Below are positions 1 to 12,345 of a stretch of 64,000 nucleotides of DNA, piece by piece (within the stretch, counting starts at the first letter, position 1; every line of letters begins with the position of its first letter). Position numbers and translations under genes: made by a program. Below the pieces are notes generated by a model. The model was not told the origin of the DNA. It made no database searches and saw only the letters and a list, made by a program, of their open reading frames with translations. Source of the stretch: Dicyema japonicum (Eukaryota; Animalia; Dicyemida); the NCBI GenBank assembly GCA_011109175.1, contig RDEW01000034.1:314331-378330 (forward strand). Reading direction: 5' to 3'.

Positions 1-289
1 TGGGTGGAAACATCTCTTGTAGTTTCCAAGTAGCGTTATTACAAAGTTTAATTTCGCTGGGAAGAGGAAATGATGTTGCTGACAATTTGAATAGAATAAC
101 CACAATTATAGTTGACACGTGTTATGACGATACAAATTTTAGACAATTGTGTCGTAAAAACATAACGAAAAAAGTAGTGATTATTTGTTGGTTGTAATAT
201 TCTTAATCAACAGTAATTGTAAGATAAGAATTATATCTCAAAATCATGAATCAATATCCTGGGAGAGTATTGGAGTATTTAAGGGATGT

Positions 290-560
290 CATTTTATTGT
301 GGGTAGTCATTATATTGGAATAATATGTCGCGAGATGGCACGGGATGTGATTTGACAGATGTAAACGGATTTCGCTTTGAAGCCATTCTCACCATCCTTG
401 CCCACGCAATCTTGTATCTGTCCCTATTTCGATCATCGTTCAGATCGTCGGCTGTCACCAATTTACGACCTGTTGTTTCGTAGTCATCTTTTAAGCAAAT
501 TACTAAGCGTGAACGGAAAACCCAATATGGATTATAGTTCCCCTGAATCTTCACAATAAA
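290..560 (-). mobile_element. RTE-like retrotransposon 3' remnant
   Basis: Minus-strand RKLVTADDLNDDRNRDRYKIAWARMVRMASK resembles the C-termini of the RTE copies at 7134-7391 and 43935-44132. Confidence 0.4.
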
Positions 561-864
561 TTGAATAAAACTTTATAGCTTTTATAAGCAATAATTAATA
601 TTATTTAAGAGATCACTTATTATTATAGGCACGTGCGCGATGCTAAGANCAGATCGTCTGCTGTCACCAATTTACGACCTGTTGTTTCGTAGTCATCTTT
701 TAAGCAAATTACTAAGCGTGAACGGAAAACCCAATATGGATTATAGTTCCCCTGAATCTTCTCAATAAATTGAATAATGAATAATACTTTATAGCTTTAA
801 TAAGCAATAATTAATATTATTTAAGAGATCACTTATTATTATAGGCACGTGTGCGATGCTAAGA
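441..864. repeat. Near-identical tandem pair (441-648 / 650-864) joined by a single N
   Basis: Same ~210-nt sequence on both sides of n649, with a few substitutions and one small indel. Confidence 0.85.
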
Positions 865-941
865 TCACAAAGCATTGCAACACGAAAAGTTAACAATCTA
901 ATTAACATCGCCCATTTTTTTCGATTCGTCGCCATGCTCCG

Positions 942-1344
942 TAGCATATCTATAGGTTATCCCCATCTTTAAAATATCACTTAATAATAACAGCCTTTTT
1001 CACGGGGCCGTAGTATTTACAGCACCGAATAGGCAGGACACGCTTTATTTAAGTAAAGACAGTTAAATTTAACCTTTCGTAGAGCCAAGGAATGGTCTTC
1101 ACTTCTACTTTCTTGTGTGTGGGTATTTTTTGACTATCCAGTTCCGCAGTGAGAGTCCACTGATNTAGCATATCTATAGGTTATCCCCATCTTTAAGAGA
1201 TCACTTAATAATAACAGCCTTTTTCACGGGGCCGTAGTATTTACAGCTCCGAATAGGCAGGACACGCTTTATTTAAGTAAAGACAGTTAAATTTAACCTT
1301 TCGTAGTTTTTCACTATCCAGTTCCGCAGTGAGAGTCCACTGAT
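942..1344 (-). repeat. N-joined pair (942-1164 / 1166-1344) containing partial minus-strand SINE body and tail
   Basis: Reverse complement matches the SINE at 26933-27251 (cagtg..cactgcggaactgga; gtgtcctgccta..gtgaaaa). The second copy has a ~44-nt deletion. Confidence 0.8.
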
Positions 1345-1561
1345 GACAACTTGGAAGAGATCAATTAAAAATATAAATTAATTTGTAAGAGTATATAAAA
1401 TACGTTTATATTAAATATATTTTTAATATTAAATAGTTTTTTAATTATTTAACATTAAATAATTTAAATAAAATAAAATTAACATTAAAATTTCGCCCGC
1501 TTTTCTGCGCTTTACATTTTAGCCTTGTATAAGTTTTCATAAATCTTAGAAAGTAGCCATC

Positions 1562-2239
1562 ATGCACACTCCACTTCCTATAATTTCTTCCGAAGACCAC
1601 AATGTACTTGAAATAGCCTCTAATTTTCAACTTCAACGTGCGTATCATAATTTGAAGGAGAAGGAACGAAGAAATATGCTAAAAGAATCTTTCAATGATC
1701 TGGAAGATATCATCCCTTCACGAAATAAAAAAGTTAACTTTTTACTTATGTCAGATGTCCCGGGTTCAGATTTTGACAACAGCATTGGAATATATTTCAT
1801 ATATCGAATTTTCCAATGATAAATTGGACGCTTACATGGAGATGGTTAAATCCTTAGACAAAGAACTCACTTATCTTCGTACTTCTGCCAATAATCTTTT
1901 TTAGAAACGTCATCGTCAGATTATTCGGAATTGATGGCACTATCTAAATCCGTGGTGGAGAATATAAAAGTCTCTGTTGTCGATTATTTGGACCCGATCA
2001 ACGGATTTTTCCAATATCAAGAAGAAATTGACATTGGATCTCGTAAAAGAAGTTTTAGTGAGATGAAAGAAGACATATGCCAACTTTATGAAATGCCACT
2101 GGATGTGTCATATTATGATAATTATTGGATTGATGAGCCTTTTAAGACTGTAGAGTTGGATAACGGGGAGTACTTGTTTATTGACGATCAACCCTCTGAT
2201 AGAGACATTCTCAATAGAATTCTTAAGATAGAAGATTAG
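1562..2239 (+). CDS. Max/Myc-family bHLH-ZIP transcription factor, 3 exons (1562-1732, 1755-1878, 1905-2239), 209 aa
   Basis: RAYHNLKEKERRNMLKESFNDLEDIIP...MSRVQILTTALEYI matches the Max/Myc basic-HLH pattern. Removing GT-AG introns 1733-1754 (22 nt) and 1879-1904 (26 nt) joins three ORF-track fragments into one stop-free frame ending at TAG 2237-2239. Confidence 0.8.
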
Positions 2240-2599
2240 TTAGTTGTGACTTTATTTCATTAAATCCTTACCTCTTTACATTAATTTTATCCCCCGTTTG
2301 CATCTTCGGTAGTTATACCTGTCGATTTTGATGAGTGATTAGTAGGGCAACCGAGAAGTTGTTTTAAAATCAAAAAAGGCCGCAACTGCGTTAAATATTT
2401 TTATTTGTTTGTTAAAACACAAAATTAGATGATATTTTTACATTTTTTGGTAGGAAATTTCAACCTTTCGTTAAAATTTTGTGAAGAATCGAGATTCCAA
2501 AGGCCATTTAAATGTCTTATGTTATGGCATCTCAGAGGCTTTTGATATCATTGAACATGACTTCCAATTTCTCTGACTCTCTTGTATCAGATCTCCCTT

Positions 2600-3360
2600 T
2601 TTTTCACAAAATGGACAAAAATGGGCTATACATGATATATTGTGGAGAGGCTGTAGCATTTTTTATCTTGAAATTCTCGAAAGTCCGAGCAACCTTCGCA
2701 CGTTTCAACGCGCAACCTGCAAGTCTCGACTGGGAAAAGGTGTCGGTATAGGCCCCATCCCAAATCAAGTATTTTCCCCGAGTGAGGGGCATAAATTATA
2801 TTTTTTGTTGAAAGTTAGAGAACTTGAATAACTGGGCTGTTTCCCTAGATAATGTCTATTGATATTCGCTTTCGAAGCCATCCAGCCTCACGTGGATCCT
2901 TTATGACCCTTTAGATCCGACGGCTGCTCGTGGGCCAAGGTTTCCTGACATCTAAACGGCGAATAGGATAAACAAGTGGACTTTCGTGATGCTTCTATAC
3001 TTCATTCTCTTCTGATCCTCGGCTTGTTTTGAAACATGACCTGGGTTCGGGACTGAAAGGACCAAATTCTTCGGAGAGAATGTGTCAACACATTTAGATT
3101 CCCAAACCAGGTTCCGACCATTAGCGAATAGGAATGTTGTCATCCCGTTAGGACGTTCTCCATCTTCTCGAGTGAGACTAGTGCAGTGGTGGTCAGCAGA
3201 GGAAAATCCGTTTTTCAAAGTAGGTTCCGACCATTAGTGAATAGGAATGTTGTCATCCCGTTAGGACGTTCGCCATCTTCTCGAGTGAGACCAGTGCAGT
3301 GGTGGCCAGCAGAAGAAAATCTGTTGTTCGATCGATCTTCGCCTCTCTGGAAAGATTTCT
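2600..3360 (-). mobile_element. CRE-clade retrotransposon RLE-domain remnants, with an internal 113-bp tandem duplication (3110-3222 / 3223-~3330)
   Basis: GKYLIWDGAYTDTFS and DGERPNGMTTFLFANGRNLVWESKCVDTFSP...AEDQKRMKY...FILFAV are restriction-like endonuclease motifs. Confidence 0.75.
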
Positions 3361-3369
3361 AGTCGATCA

Positions 3370-3790
3370 ATCATTGCAAATATTTAAGCCGACTATCATC
3401 TATTACAGCTTGGCGTTAGAGTCAGACGTGGATGCGAAGTGGGAATCCAGCGTTTAGAGAGTTCGCCAGACTATCATCTGGAGCTGAAGATAGGACCCTT
3501 TTCAAATTGGATCTTCAGAACTCATTCAACTCGAGCAGAAGGGATGTCATCCTTGACGTTTGCTTGAAAAGAACGCCAAAAATATACCCTTTTGTCCATC
3601 TTTATCGTATTCGAGTCCTTTCACCCTCATTTCGGAGATTAAATTATTCCTTCTGAGACGGGAGTACAGCAGGGTGACCCATTCGGTCCTCTAATTTTTT
3701 CTTTAGCTATCGATCATATAGTGCAAGACGTTTCTACTTTCCTAATTTATAGTACCTGAAAGAAGCCCTGAAGACCTCATTTCAAAAGTA
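3370..3790 (+). mobile_element. CRE-clade reverse transcriptase remnant
   Basis: LQLGV, FKLDLQNSFNS and ETGVQQGDPFGPLIFSLAI across frameshifts. Confidence 0.8.
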
Positions 3791-3839
3791 ACCTCGATTT
3801 CTGAGAATTTTCTGAAGATTGGCTTTTAGGTTAACTTAA

Positions 3840-4780
3840 AAAATGCTAAATGGTTATAAAACGAATAGAAGATATTGTCCCAGATGTTCGAACTGCGGAC
3901 CTATGCTTTCTTTAATTCCTCGGATGCGGGAGAACTTAAGCGACAAAAAAATTTCTGGGAAAGGTTGCCGGCAGTTTGATCCTCCTGGATAGTCATGTTG
4001 GACTTTTTTGGTTAAAAACAGTCTTTGCTTCCCAAGATGAATTTCAACTTCCGAAGTTCCCCATGTTATGATGATCAGAATCCCTATCTCTCCTTGATAA
4101 TGAAATAAAGTCAACCCTCGAAGCAATGTTAAACATACATTTTCATGACTATGGGTGGTTTCAGGCAATTTTTCCTGTTTTTAAGATTGGGAATAACCGT
4201 ACCTTCGGATACCGCATTATGTGCATTTGTCCTCTAATAGCTTTTCGAAGAATATGATGGACACAGTTCTCTTGATTAAATTATGGCTTTTTTCTTGTTA
4301 ATGCATTTGTGTCAAGTCTTGTCTTAATGGGGGGTAGTGATCTCTATGTTGGTGGTAATCTATAATTTCTATATGTTTTTTTTCATTATTGTCCTTCTTT
4401 TATTTCTAAATTATCGGAGACTATTGGTTTCTCCATTTAACTTTTTGCAAAAATGCCTCCGATTGAGTTCGAAACACTATTTTTGTTTTCTGAATTCCTT
4501 CCGGGATTCATGTACTCTGAGTTTTTTCTCCTCGATCTATATTTCATTCTGAACTAACTATTTTTCCCAATTCATCCTTCTTCGACTTTCAATATCCATA
4601 TTGGCGCAGTTTATTCCTCGTATCGTCATCGAACCTCTTATTTCCCTTCTGTTCGACAAACACCGAGATTTATTTGAGCTGTTTATTCAACTTCAGAAAT
4701 CTTCCTTGTATGCGCTCAACCAACAGGAATTGATATATTGCCATATTGAAGAGTCAATCCTCGAGAGAATTTCTTTGTTG
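3840..4780 (-). mobile_element. R4/Dong-like non-LTR retrotransposon remnant (region N-terminal to RT)
   Basis: RVHESRKEFRKQK*CFELNRRHFCKKLNGE resembles the recalled R4/Dong pre-RT motif; many stops. Confidence 0.45.
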
Positions 4781-5694
4781 NNNNNNNNNNNNNNNNNNNN
4801 NNNNNNNNNNNNNNNNNNNNNNNNNNNNNNNNNNNNNNNNNNNNNNNNNNNNNNNNNNNNNNNNNNNNNNNNNNNNNNNNNNNNNNNNNNNNNNNNNNNN
4901 NNNNNNNNNNNNNNNNNNNNNNNNNNNNNNNNNNNNNNNNNNNNNNNNNNNNNNNNNNNNNNNNNNNNNNNNNNNNNNNNNNNNNNNNNNNNNNNNNNNN
5001 NNNNNNNNNNNNNNNNNNNNNNNNNNNNNNNNNNNNNNNNNNNNNNNNNNNNNNNNNNNNNNNNNNNNNNNNNNNNNNNNNNNNNNNNNNNNNNNNNNNN
5101 NNNNNNNNNNNNNNNNNNNNNNNNNNNNNNNNNNNNNNNNNNNNNNNNNNNNNNNNNNNNNNNNNNNNNNNNNNNNNNNNNNNNNNNNNNNNNNNNNNNN
5201 NNNNNNNNNNNNNNNNNNNNNNNNNNNNNNNNNNNNNNNNNNNNNNNNNNNNNNNNNNNNNNNNNNNNNNNNNNNNNNNNNNNNNNNNNNNNNNNNNNNN
5301 NNNNNNNNNNNNNNNNNNNNNNNNNNNNNNNNNNNNNNNNNNNNNNNNNNNNNNNNNNNNNNNNNNNNNNNNNNNNNNNNNNNNNNNNNNNNNNNNNNNN
5401 NNNNNNNNNNNNNNNNNNNNNNNNNNNNNNNNNNNNNNNNNNNNNNNNNNNNNNNNNNNNNNNNNNNNNNNNNNNNNNNNNNNNNNNNNNNNNNNNNNNN
5501 NNNNNNNNNNNNNNNNNNNNNNNNNNNNNNNNNNNNNNNNNNNNNNNNNNNNNNNNNNNNNNNNNNNNNNNNNNNNNNNNNNNNNNNNNNNNNNNNNNNN
5601 NNNNNNNNNNNNNNNNNNNNNNNNNNNNNNNNNNNNNNNNNNNNNNNNNNNNNNNNNNNNNNNNNNNNNNNNNNNNNNNNNNNNNNNNNNNNNN
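4781..5694. other. Assembly gap (914 N)
   Basis: Run of N. Confidence 1.
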
Positions 5695-5765
5695 AAAAAA
5701 AATTTGTATTTTAACATAACTTCATGGGTAATTTACCGATAGTTGTATTATTGTCTAATATTTAG

Positions 5766-6092
5766 TTTCCAAAACGGGTTCAGAAGAAAGATGACATCAA
5801 GAAGCAAAAGGAGGAGGTGAAAGAGGAGGAGGCGCAAAAGAAGGATTTGAAAGATGAGGAGGCGGAAAAATTGAAAAGCATTCTACAAGCTGTTGGCACT
5901 GAAGAATTTCCACGTGATGACATAATATTTCGTGGTCCAACACGTGACTTCTATATAAAAAATTCGATTTATTCTGAGAAAGAGGCTGAGGAGAAGTGGA
6001 ATCAAGTCAAAAAGAAACACCCCGAATATGATATGGATAATTTGGTTGTTCTGCCTAAAATAATTTGCGAGAAGTTTCAAAAACTGTATTGA
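5766..6092 (+). CDS. Possible terminal exon of an unidentified K/E-rich protein
   Basis: Open frame of ~108 codons following a tttag acceptor and a candidate 21-24-nt intron; no family recognised. Confidence 0.25.
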   Translation, partial: FPKRVQKKDDIKKQKEEVKEEEAQKKDLKDEEAEKLKSILQAVGTEEFPRDDIIFRGPTRDFYIKNSIYSEKEAEEKWNQVKKKHPEYDMDNLVVLPKIICEKFQKLY

Positions 6093-6279
6093 ATATGTTA
6101 TATATAATAGTATGGAGGAAGGCAACCTCAATGTAATCAAACTAGATTTATGACATTTATGTTAATTTTTTCCTGAGTCAAAGTAATCAAACTAGATTTA
6201 TGACATTTATGCTAATTAAGTTTTTTTCCGACGCTGGAATTCCTTAGTCGTTTAGGAATCGGATATCTAAGCAAACAGT

Positions 6280-6620
6280 GAGGGATCCCATGAGCACTGC
6301 TGGCTATTTGAGCGAATCTCGTTGGCCTTCTTGATAGGAATAGCCACGCGGTCGTTGTATGACCTTTCTGTTTATTTTGATGTTTTAACAGTTAATCGAA
6401 ATTAACAACTGCCAGAGAAATCCTTCGGAATAATCATTCGGTTTCCCGAGGCTCATTGCTAACTTTCAAATTCATTGATCCATGTGATCTTAGAAAAGAG
6501 ACTGTCTTGGGCACGAAGACTTCACTCGTCTCGACAACAGCGGGCTGTATATGGAATTTTGTGGAGAGGCTATTGTATGTTTTTTATCTTGAAATTTCGA
6601 TTTCGAGCTGCCTCCCCAGC
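6280..6620. mobile_element. Two CRE 3'-end remnants (+ at ~6280-6400, - at ~6480-6620)
   Basis: HCWLFERISLA on +; SLSTKFHIQPAVVETSEVF on -. Confidence 0.65.
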
Positions 6621-6650
6621 TTTCATTTATTTTAAAATTTAATTTGTTCT

Positions 6651-7483
6651 CTTTACTGTTTTCCTTGAAACTGCACTAAGAGAGTCCAGGGCCCTGACTG
6701 GAACAACTATGACGATATATTTATGCGGACGATCTATTTTGTTCTGAGGATACTCAAACACTTCAGCACATGCTCAGCGTACTCCCACACATATTTTCGA
6801 AATGGTTCTTATCCGTAAATCCAGACAAAACGGAGTTTACAACGCTTAAACGTAATGAGTACAGGAGAAGGCAAAAGAATGTTGGCTCGCTTCTAGGAGA
6901 CTCTGAAGATGTTACTCGTAGGGAGATCCTTGCTATTAGTGCACTTAAAAAATATCGTCATATGGAGCCACAAGAAGAGGACAGGACTAAACACCAGGAT
7001 TAGAATATACAAAGCTTTTGTCATCCGGGTACTAACCTACAACTCTGGGACTTAGGGAATCTCTAAACGGGAAATGGACCGTCTTGACTCCTTCCACAGA
7101 GCTCAGTTCAAATCGATAGTCGATTACTAGCCTATGAAGATCTCTAATGCAAACCTTTGTAATAAATGCAAATCTAGTGTGCTCTCAGATGACATTTTCA
7201 AATCAAGATGGAGCCTCTTTGGCCACGTGTTACGTCTAAATGACCAGGTCCCCGCAAATGTCGCAATGGACAACTACTTCGCACACACAGGAGACGGATT
7301 CCGCAAAAGGCCATTCCTATCGGCGGTTGGCATGAGACTAACTTCGGCGGACTACCTAAGAGAACTAGTGCGCAGCAGAGGATCATGGTGAAGGCTGACG
7401 GAGAGGATGATGATTCGGAATACGGCACAAGGGAAACTTAACTAATTTTATGTTTTCTCGTGAGTGCTTTTTAATAATAATAA
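6651..7483 (+). mobile_element. 5'-truncated RTE-clade retrotransposon with (TAA)n tail and 11-bp TSD
   Basis: YADDL at ~6720 and RWSLFGHVLRL; (TAA)n tail; TSD taatttgttct at 6640-6650 and 7484-7494. Confidence 0.8.
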
Positions 7484-7845
7484 TAATTTGTTCTATTTTA
7501 ATTTAAAAAATACTACTTTACGTGGGCCTTGTTTTCCTGAATAAATCAGTCACGAAATCATTATTTGTCTGTATGGCTAACTGGTTAATAAGTAAATTTG
7601 AACCAGTAAACCTAGTGGTTGATAGATCGAAGGTTGAGTGGGTGACATGACTATGATGAACTATGGCATAGCTCTTGTAAACTTATGTTTCTATTATGGA
7701 TGTAATCCTTGTTCCCCTTCTTGGAGGTGTCGGAAATACGAACTTTTTGATACTCGGATTCATTTAATGTATCTATGGTCGAGTTCTTATTTGGCATAGC
7801 CAAATAGAAGGAACTAGCATATACTGCTTGAGAAGGAACAAGGTA

Positions 7846-7943
7846 CAGCAAAGTCTCTCAATCCGCCAATTATAACTAATAAATTCTCTAATCCGCCAGA
7901 TTTTGCCGATCCCCGAAATTGGCGGATTCGAGAGACTTTACTG
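7846..7943. mobile_element. 98-bp pogo/Tigger-type MITE
   Basis: Imperfect 26-27-nt TIRs CAG(C/T)AAAGTCTCTC(G)AATCCGCCAATT flanked by TA at 7844-7845 and 7944-7945. Confidence 0.85.
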
Positions 7944-10316
7944 TAATTAGTTCTTAATTCTCGACTGTTCTTAATAATAAACTAAGCACTCAACAGCGCC
8001 AACAAGTTATCTGCCACAGAGATGCATTTCACTAAAAAGAAATTACTTACTCTCATTTCCATACAAATCAAAAGAAATGAGATCAATCATGTATTCCTCT
8101 TCTTGGATGTCCCTTCTCCATTTCCAATTAACTATCGGATAGGACACAAGAAGACAAGCGAGTTGGATCTAAGAATCCCCGAGGTTTTTCTGTTGAAAGA
8201 AACTTGAAGATGACATTATCTTTTAAGAGTTTCGATCCTTTTTGCGTGAGTAGCCAATAGTGCAACGTTGGAGGGGAGAGGTCATCAGCACAGGTGGCTT
8301 CCCACACTTACAATAAGAAATAATTTATTCCAACGAAAATTATGGGACAAACGGGAGTACCGATGGTTTCGACTGCGCCTTGGAATGGTTATCGTGCCCG
8401 CCAGTGCACAAAAAGCTTAACAGATTACGTGAATTTAAAATATGTCGATTATCTCAGATAATTTGTTGTTCCGTACCTCAGGGGAGATCAAATTGCCACT
8501 AGTTAGTAATTGGTTATTTAAGAAAAGCTAGAGGGCCGGTCGGAAGTACCGGAGTGAGTTGACGGTTAACTTCTCAGCAGCTCAAAAAAAGAGGACGACG
8601 AGTTCTAATAGAAATATGAAATCTAAATAACCTAGAAGGTTACCAAAAATAAATGCAAGCCAATGAACTCCGAATCCTGAGAATGCCGTAATCTGTAAGT
8701 CGGAACTAAATTGCCGTTTCGCTGAGTCGAAATATTGTGTGTCAAAGTTCAATATATACGCAAGCAACAGTATTTAAAGATGATAAGGCACTGAGGATTT
8801 TCTGAGTTGTATCGATATACATGATTTTAGCCCACTTGGAGAGCTTTAACCAGAGACAACTAAAGAAGTTACCTTAAAAGACCAATGAAGAAATCGAGTC
8901 AATACAATTTTTACTTGGAAAATTTTGATAAGGGAAACTAAGCCAGATTAAACCCGATAGCTTCATAAGTTGATAGATTCGATAGTCGAGAACTACGTTA
9001 AAAGATTCTTTCCAGACTTCTTCGAATATCTCGACTACATAAATACAGACTTTGTTGATTTGCAAAAGTTCTTTGACCTCACAATCTCCACCCACTCATC
9101 TTATATGGCAATTCTTTTGATGACCAACATTTAGTCGATCAGGCGAATGATTTGAATGAAAGTCATAAAAGCAGGGAGATCTTTACCACAGTTCTTTTCA
9201 ATTCTGTGATTTTGAAAATTTTTACGATTCTCGGGATTTAAAAAATATAATTTATTATAAATTATAAATGCCGGTCGAGAATAACAATTTTAGCTTTTTA
9301 AAATTAAAACTAAAGATAACTGGTGACATTAATTTATTTCATTTAATATAATAATTAATTATTTTAAAAATTATTTATTACATAAATAAATTTAATCATT
9401 GACACGTTGACATTTTATTGTAGTGTGTCTTGTTGACATTTTAAATCCTGTAATATTCTAATTTAGTCTAAGATATAATTTTATGTACATTTGTCTTATT
9501 CTTATAGGGGTTAGTGAATAGTGGCGGAAGGCTGTTGACAAAATGTTTTCGAAGAATATTTTGATGACTTCTCATGTTTGCTTTTTCTACACTATCCTGA
9601 CTAATCAATGAATTAATGTGTCATTCAATATTGAATATTTTTTTATATTTAATTGATATTTTGGATTTATATATTAATGTTTACTGTGCATACCTGTCTG
9701 TTCTTCATCATATGCAAACTTAACAATTTCCGGAGATTTAAATCATGAAAGACGTATTCGAATCCTTGTCTGTATTTGTTACTTTAGAGATAACATCATG
9801 ATTTTTCTAAACACCTGCTGTTTGAACATACACGTTTATCATTATGCTCTCACTAGTGAGGGTCTCCTGTTTTACCACTGATTGGAAACATTACTATTAA
9901 CACTGTCATTGGAACAAAATTTCAAATTTAATAATTGAGTTCCCACGTGCCCATTGAATTTTTTTCTTGGAATATATTCCAATTGCTTGATATTTTGTTT
10001 GACATTTGATATAAAGATCCCGAAATCAACTACTGTGGAAAATTGGAGATATCCACATTTTTGTTTATTATTGTTATAAACCCGGGAATACAGGAATGAG
10101 GAAAAGCTATCTTCTATATCAAGTGATACTGGTTTCAGTGAATCTCCCTTTTTCCAGCTTTGTCTGGAATCTTTCACGTGTGTCGAAAAGGGAGAAGTTT
10201 TGTTTCAAATTTACAAGCAAACTTGAACTTACAAAGAAACGAACTCATATAATTCCTGAGATACGATATTCTGACTACGAGGACCGTATGTCTGAATTAG
10301 GAGAGACTTGATTGAA

Positions 10317-10664
10317 TTAAATTATTAACCCCGGCTTCGCCAGCAAGTGGGAACTCCTGTAGAAGGGCAATGTCAATACGGTGTTTAACCAAGTACTCAG
10401 CCAATTCGGTATGTTTCGAGGTGATTCCATTGGTGTTAAGTTGTAAGATTCTGATGGGTCTATTCTGCGGCCCTGGGTTTAGTTCAATGTCACCGGATGT
10501 CAGGAGGGATTCTTGGGAGCGAAAGCTTCGTGCCCGCTCAATGGTCGCCATCGAGATCTCCTTGAAGAGAGACGATAGGGAAATAGTGTGGTTCTTTTTC
10601 ATGTGTGCTGTGTAGGGCACAGGCACAACCAAATGACACCTCTTGGTGAGCCACAACGTCATAA
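10317..10664 (-). mobile_element. 348-bp non-autonomous Ingi-like element (5' UTR/ribozyme + 2A leader + start of APE, fused to a short 3' end)
   Basis: 13-bp TSD agacttgattgaa at 10304-10316 and 10665-10677. Encodes MATIERARSFRSQESLLTSGDIELNPGP then RILQLNTNGI...IDIALLQE, then switches to a 37-nt 3' module ending ccggggttaataatttaa. Confidence 0.85.
10588..10664 (-). ncRNA. Degenerate HDV-like ribozyme fold
   Basis: P1 (tt)atgac/gtcat(tt), P2 gtggctc/gaaccac (1 mismatch), P3 acc/ggt, GG after P1', P4 tgtgc-c-tgtg/caca-gcaca, J4/2 catgaaaaa. L3 (aaga) is non-canonical. Confidence 0.55.
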
Positions 10665-12009
10665 AGACTTGATTGAACAAATAATATGCGAGAATAAATA
10701 CTTGTATTGAATTACGGGACGCAGATCTACCGAATTCACTTTTGATGTTAAATAAAACAAATATTTTTGTTATTTTTAAAATATTTAAGTCTTAAAAATT
10801 TTTAGATATTTCTCCTTACATGTTGGTGTTACAACGAACCTTCAGCTTTTCTTAACCTTTTTTCTGGTGACCCCCGATTTGAATTTTATTTTAGACTACA
10901 TCTGGGGATGGTTTTTAGACTACATTATTTTTAATTTTGGACTGTAAGTCATAAGTTGTTAATCTTTTCACTAGGCAGCGACACTCCGTGCCTCACCTCT
11001 ATTCTATGTTCTTATACTACTATTATATTTTGATGTCTGGTCTTGAGCTGCTGAGGGCCTTGCTAATATCAACTTCAATCAGAAGACGATTCCTATAATT
11101 GGTTTCTGCGAGACACTCATCTTCTCATAAATACGTTGTCTCGAATCGTATTATCTGTTTCTCGCGAATTGCAGCTTCGAGGTGGAAAACTGCTCTAAAT
11201 CGCGCCAAAATTCCATCAATTGTTTGTTTTTAATAATATGAACGCTCGCTGTGAACTTAAAGTTCAATCAAGGAATCCTCAATTTTGGGATCATCAGTTT
11301 CAACAATCGTAGTTAAAAATTGATTTATAATCCGAGTGTTGAATGGATTGGGTGTTGAAAAATAAATTTCGAACATTGATCGATTGCAACCCGAATGCTT
11401 TTTCCATAAAAAAATAATTAAATGCGATAATCATTTCATTAAAATATTGCTGAGACGAATAATCTGGCTGATTAAATCTAAATTATTTTAATTTTTGAAG
11501 TTTTTGATGATTGACTTATTCAATATCGGCAGAATATGTCATTCAGTTCTTGTACGTAGTAGAATGTGGACATAGGATCAGTTTGTCATATAAAGAGTAC
11601 TGATCCACAAACAGATATTCTAGTTGGAATTAAAACTAATAATCACAGATTTAGTGCGATTAGAGAATTGTCCTCAAAATTATTGCCTAAGACTTTTATA
11701 TCGAAAATAACTACCCACTAATTACATTCCTCTCACGTGTCTTTGCTTCCCTCAAATTAAGGTTCTTTCCAACTGTTTACTATTATCCTCTTTCACTATA
11801 GGCTGCCTGTTTACTATTATCCTCAGAAGTTGGATGGATCGTTTGATTACGGATACTGGATTACCTAATTGTCTGACGTTTTTTTGTCTTTCTTTTTTGG
11901 TGATTCGTGGTTTCTAAATAAAAAGAACAGTGAGACAGCTCGAATCTGCAAATTGGTGTATTTTTGGGATTGAACAGCTCGAATCTGCAATTTGGTGTAT
12001 TTAATAGAA

Positions 12010-12345
12010 ATACACGTGAGATCCGGTGGCTTCTCCAGTTGATCTCTGTTGCAATCGTGAGAGGCAACGCAACGTCGATAATGTCGGCGGGGTCCACTTT
12101 GGATAGATGGCAGTTTTAAATAAAAGAATAAATTTGTGTTGGTTTAAAAAATAAATTTGTTTTTTTAATAAAAATGTAGTAGTCATTGACGAGTAAAGTC
12201 TTCAGGCCCAAGACGGTCCCTTTTCTAAGATTGCTTGAGTCACTGATATTGAAAGGGGGTAATAATCGGCGGGAAACCGAATGGCTGTTCCAAAGGATTT
12301 CTCTGGAAGTTGTCAGGGGCAACAGCCATTCCATCCTCTCAGCTG
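12010..12345 (+). mobile_element. Two CRE 3'-end remnants
   Basis: WLLQLISVAIVRGNATS and TSKVFRPKTVPFLRLL...EWLFQRISLEVVRGNSH. Confidence 0.7.

Noticed and set aside
625-855. CACGTG E-boxes upstream of the bHLH gene as autoregulatory sites
   Set aside because: They lie in the artefactual duplication, and the hexamer occurs at many other places in the window.
441-1344. Two tandem duplications as biological repeats
   Set aside because: Each pair is joined by exactly one N and differs like two alleles; most likely scaffolding or haplotype artefacts.
4601-5719. Long ORFs of 322-372 aa
   Set aside because: They are open only because they run through the N gap.
8930-9240. Second dynein heavy-chain fragment
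   Set aside because: Only faint resemblance (IKPDSF...); not supportable without a search.
10320-10340. piggyBac termini (TTAA+CCC) at 10.3, 13.4 and 19.3 kb
   Set aside because: No matching inverted ends; the 13-bp TSD and orientation fit retroelement 3' ends.
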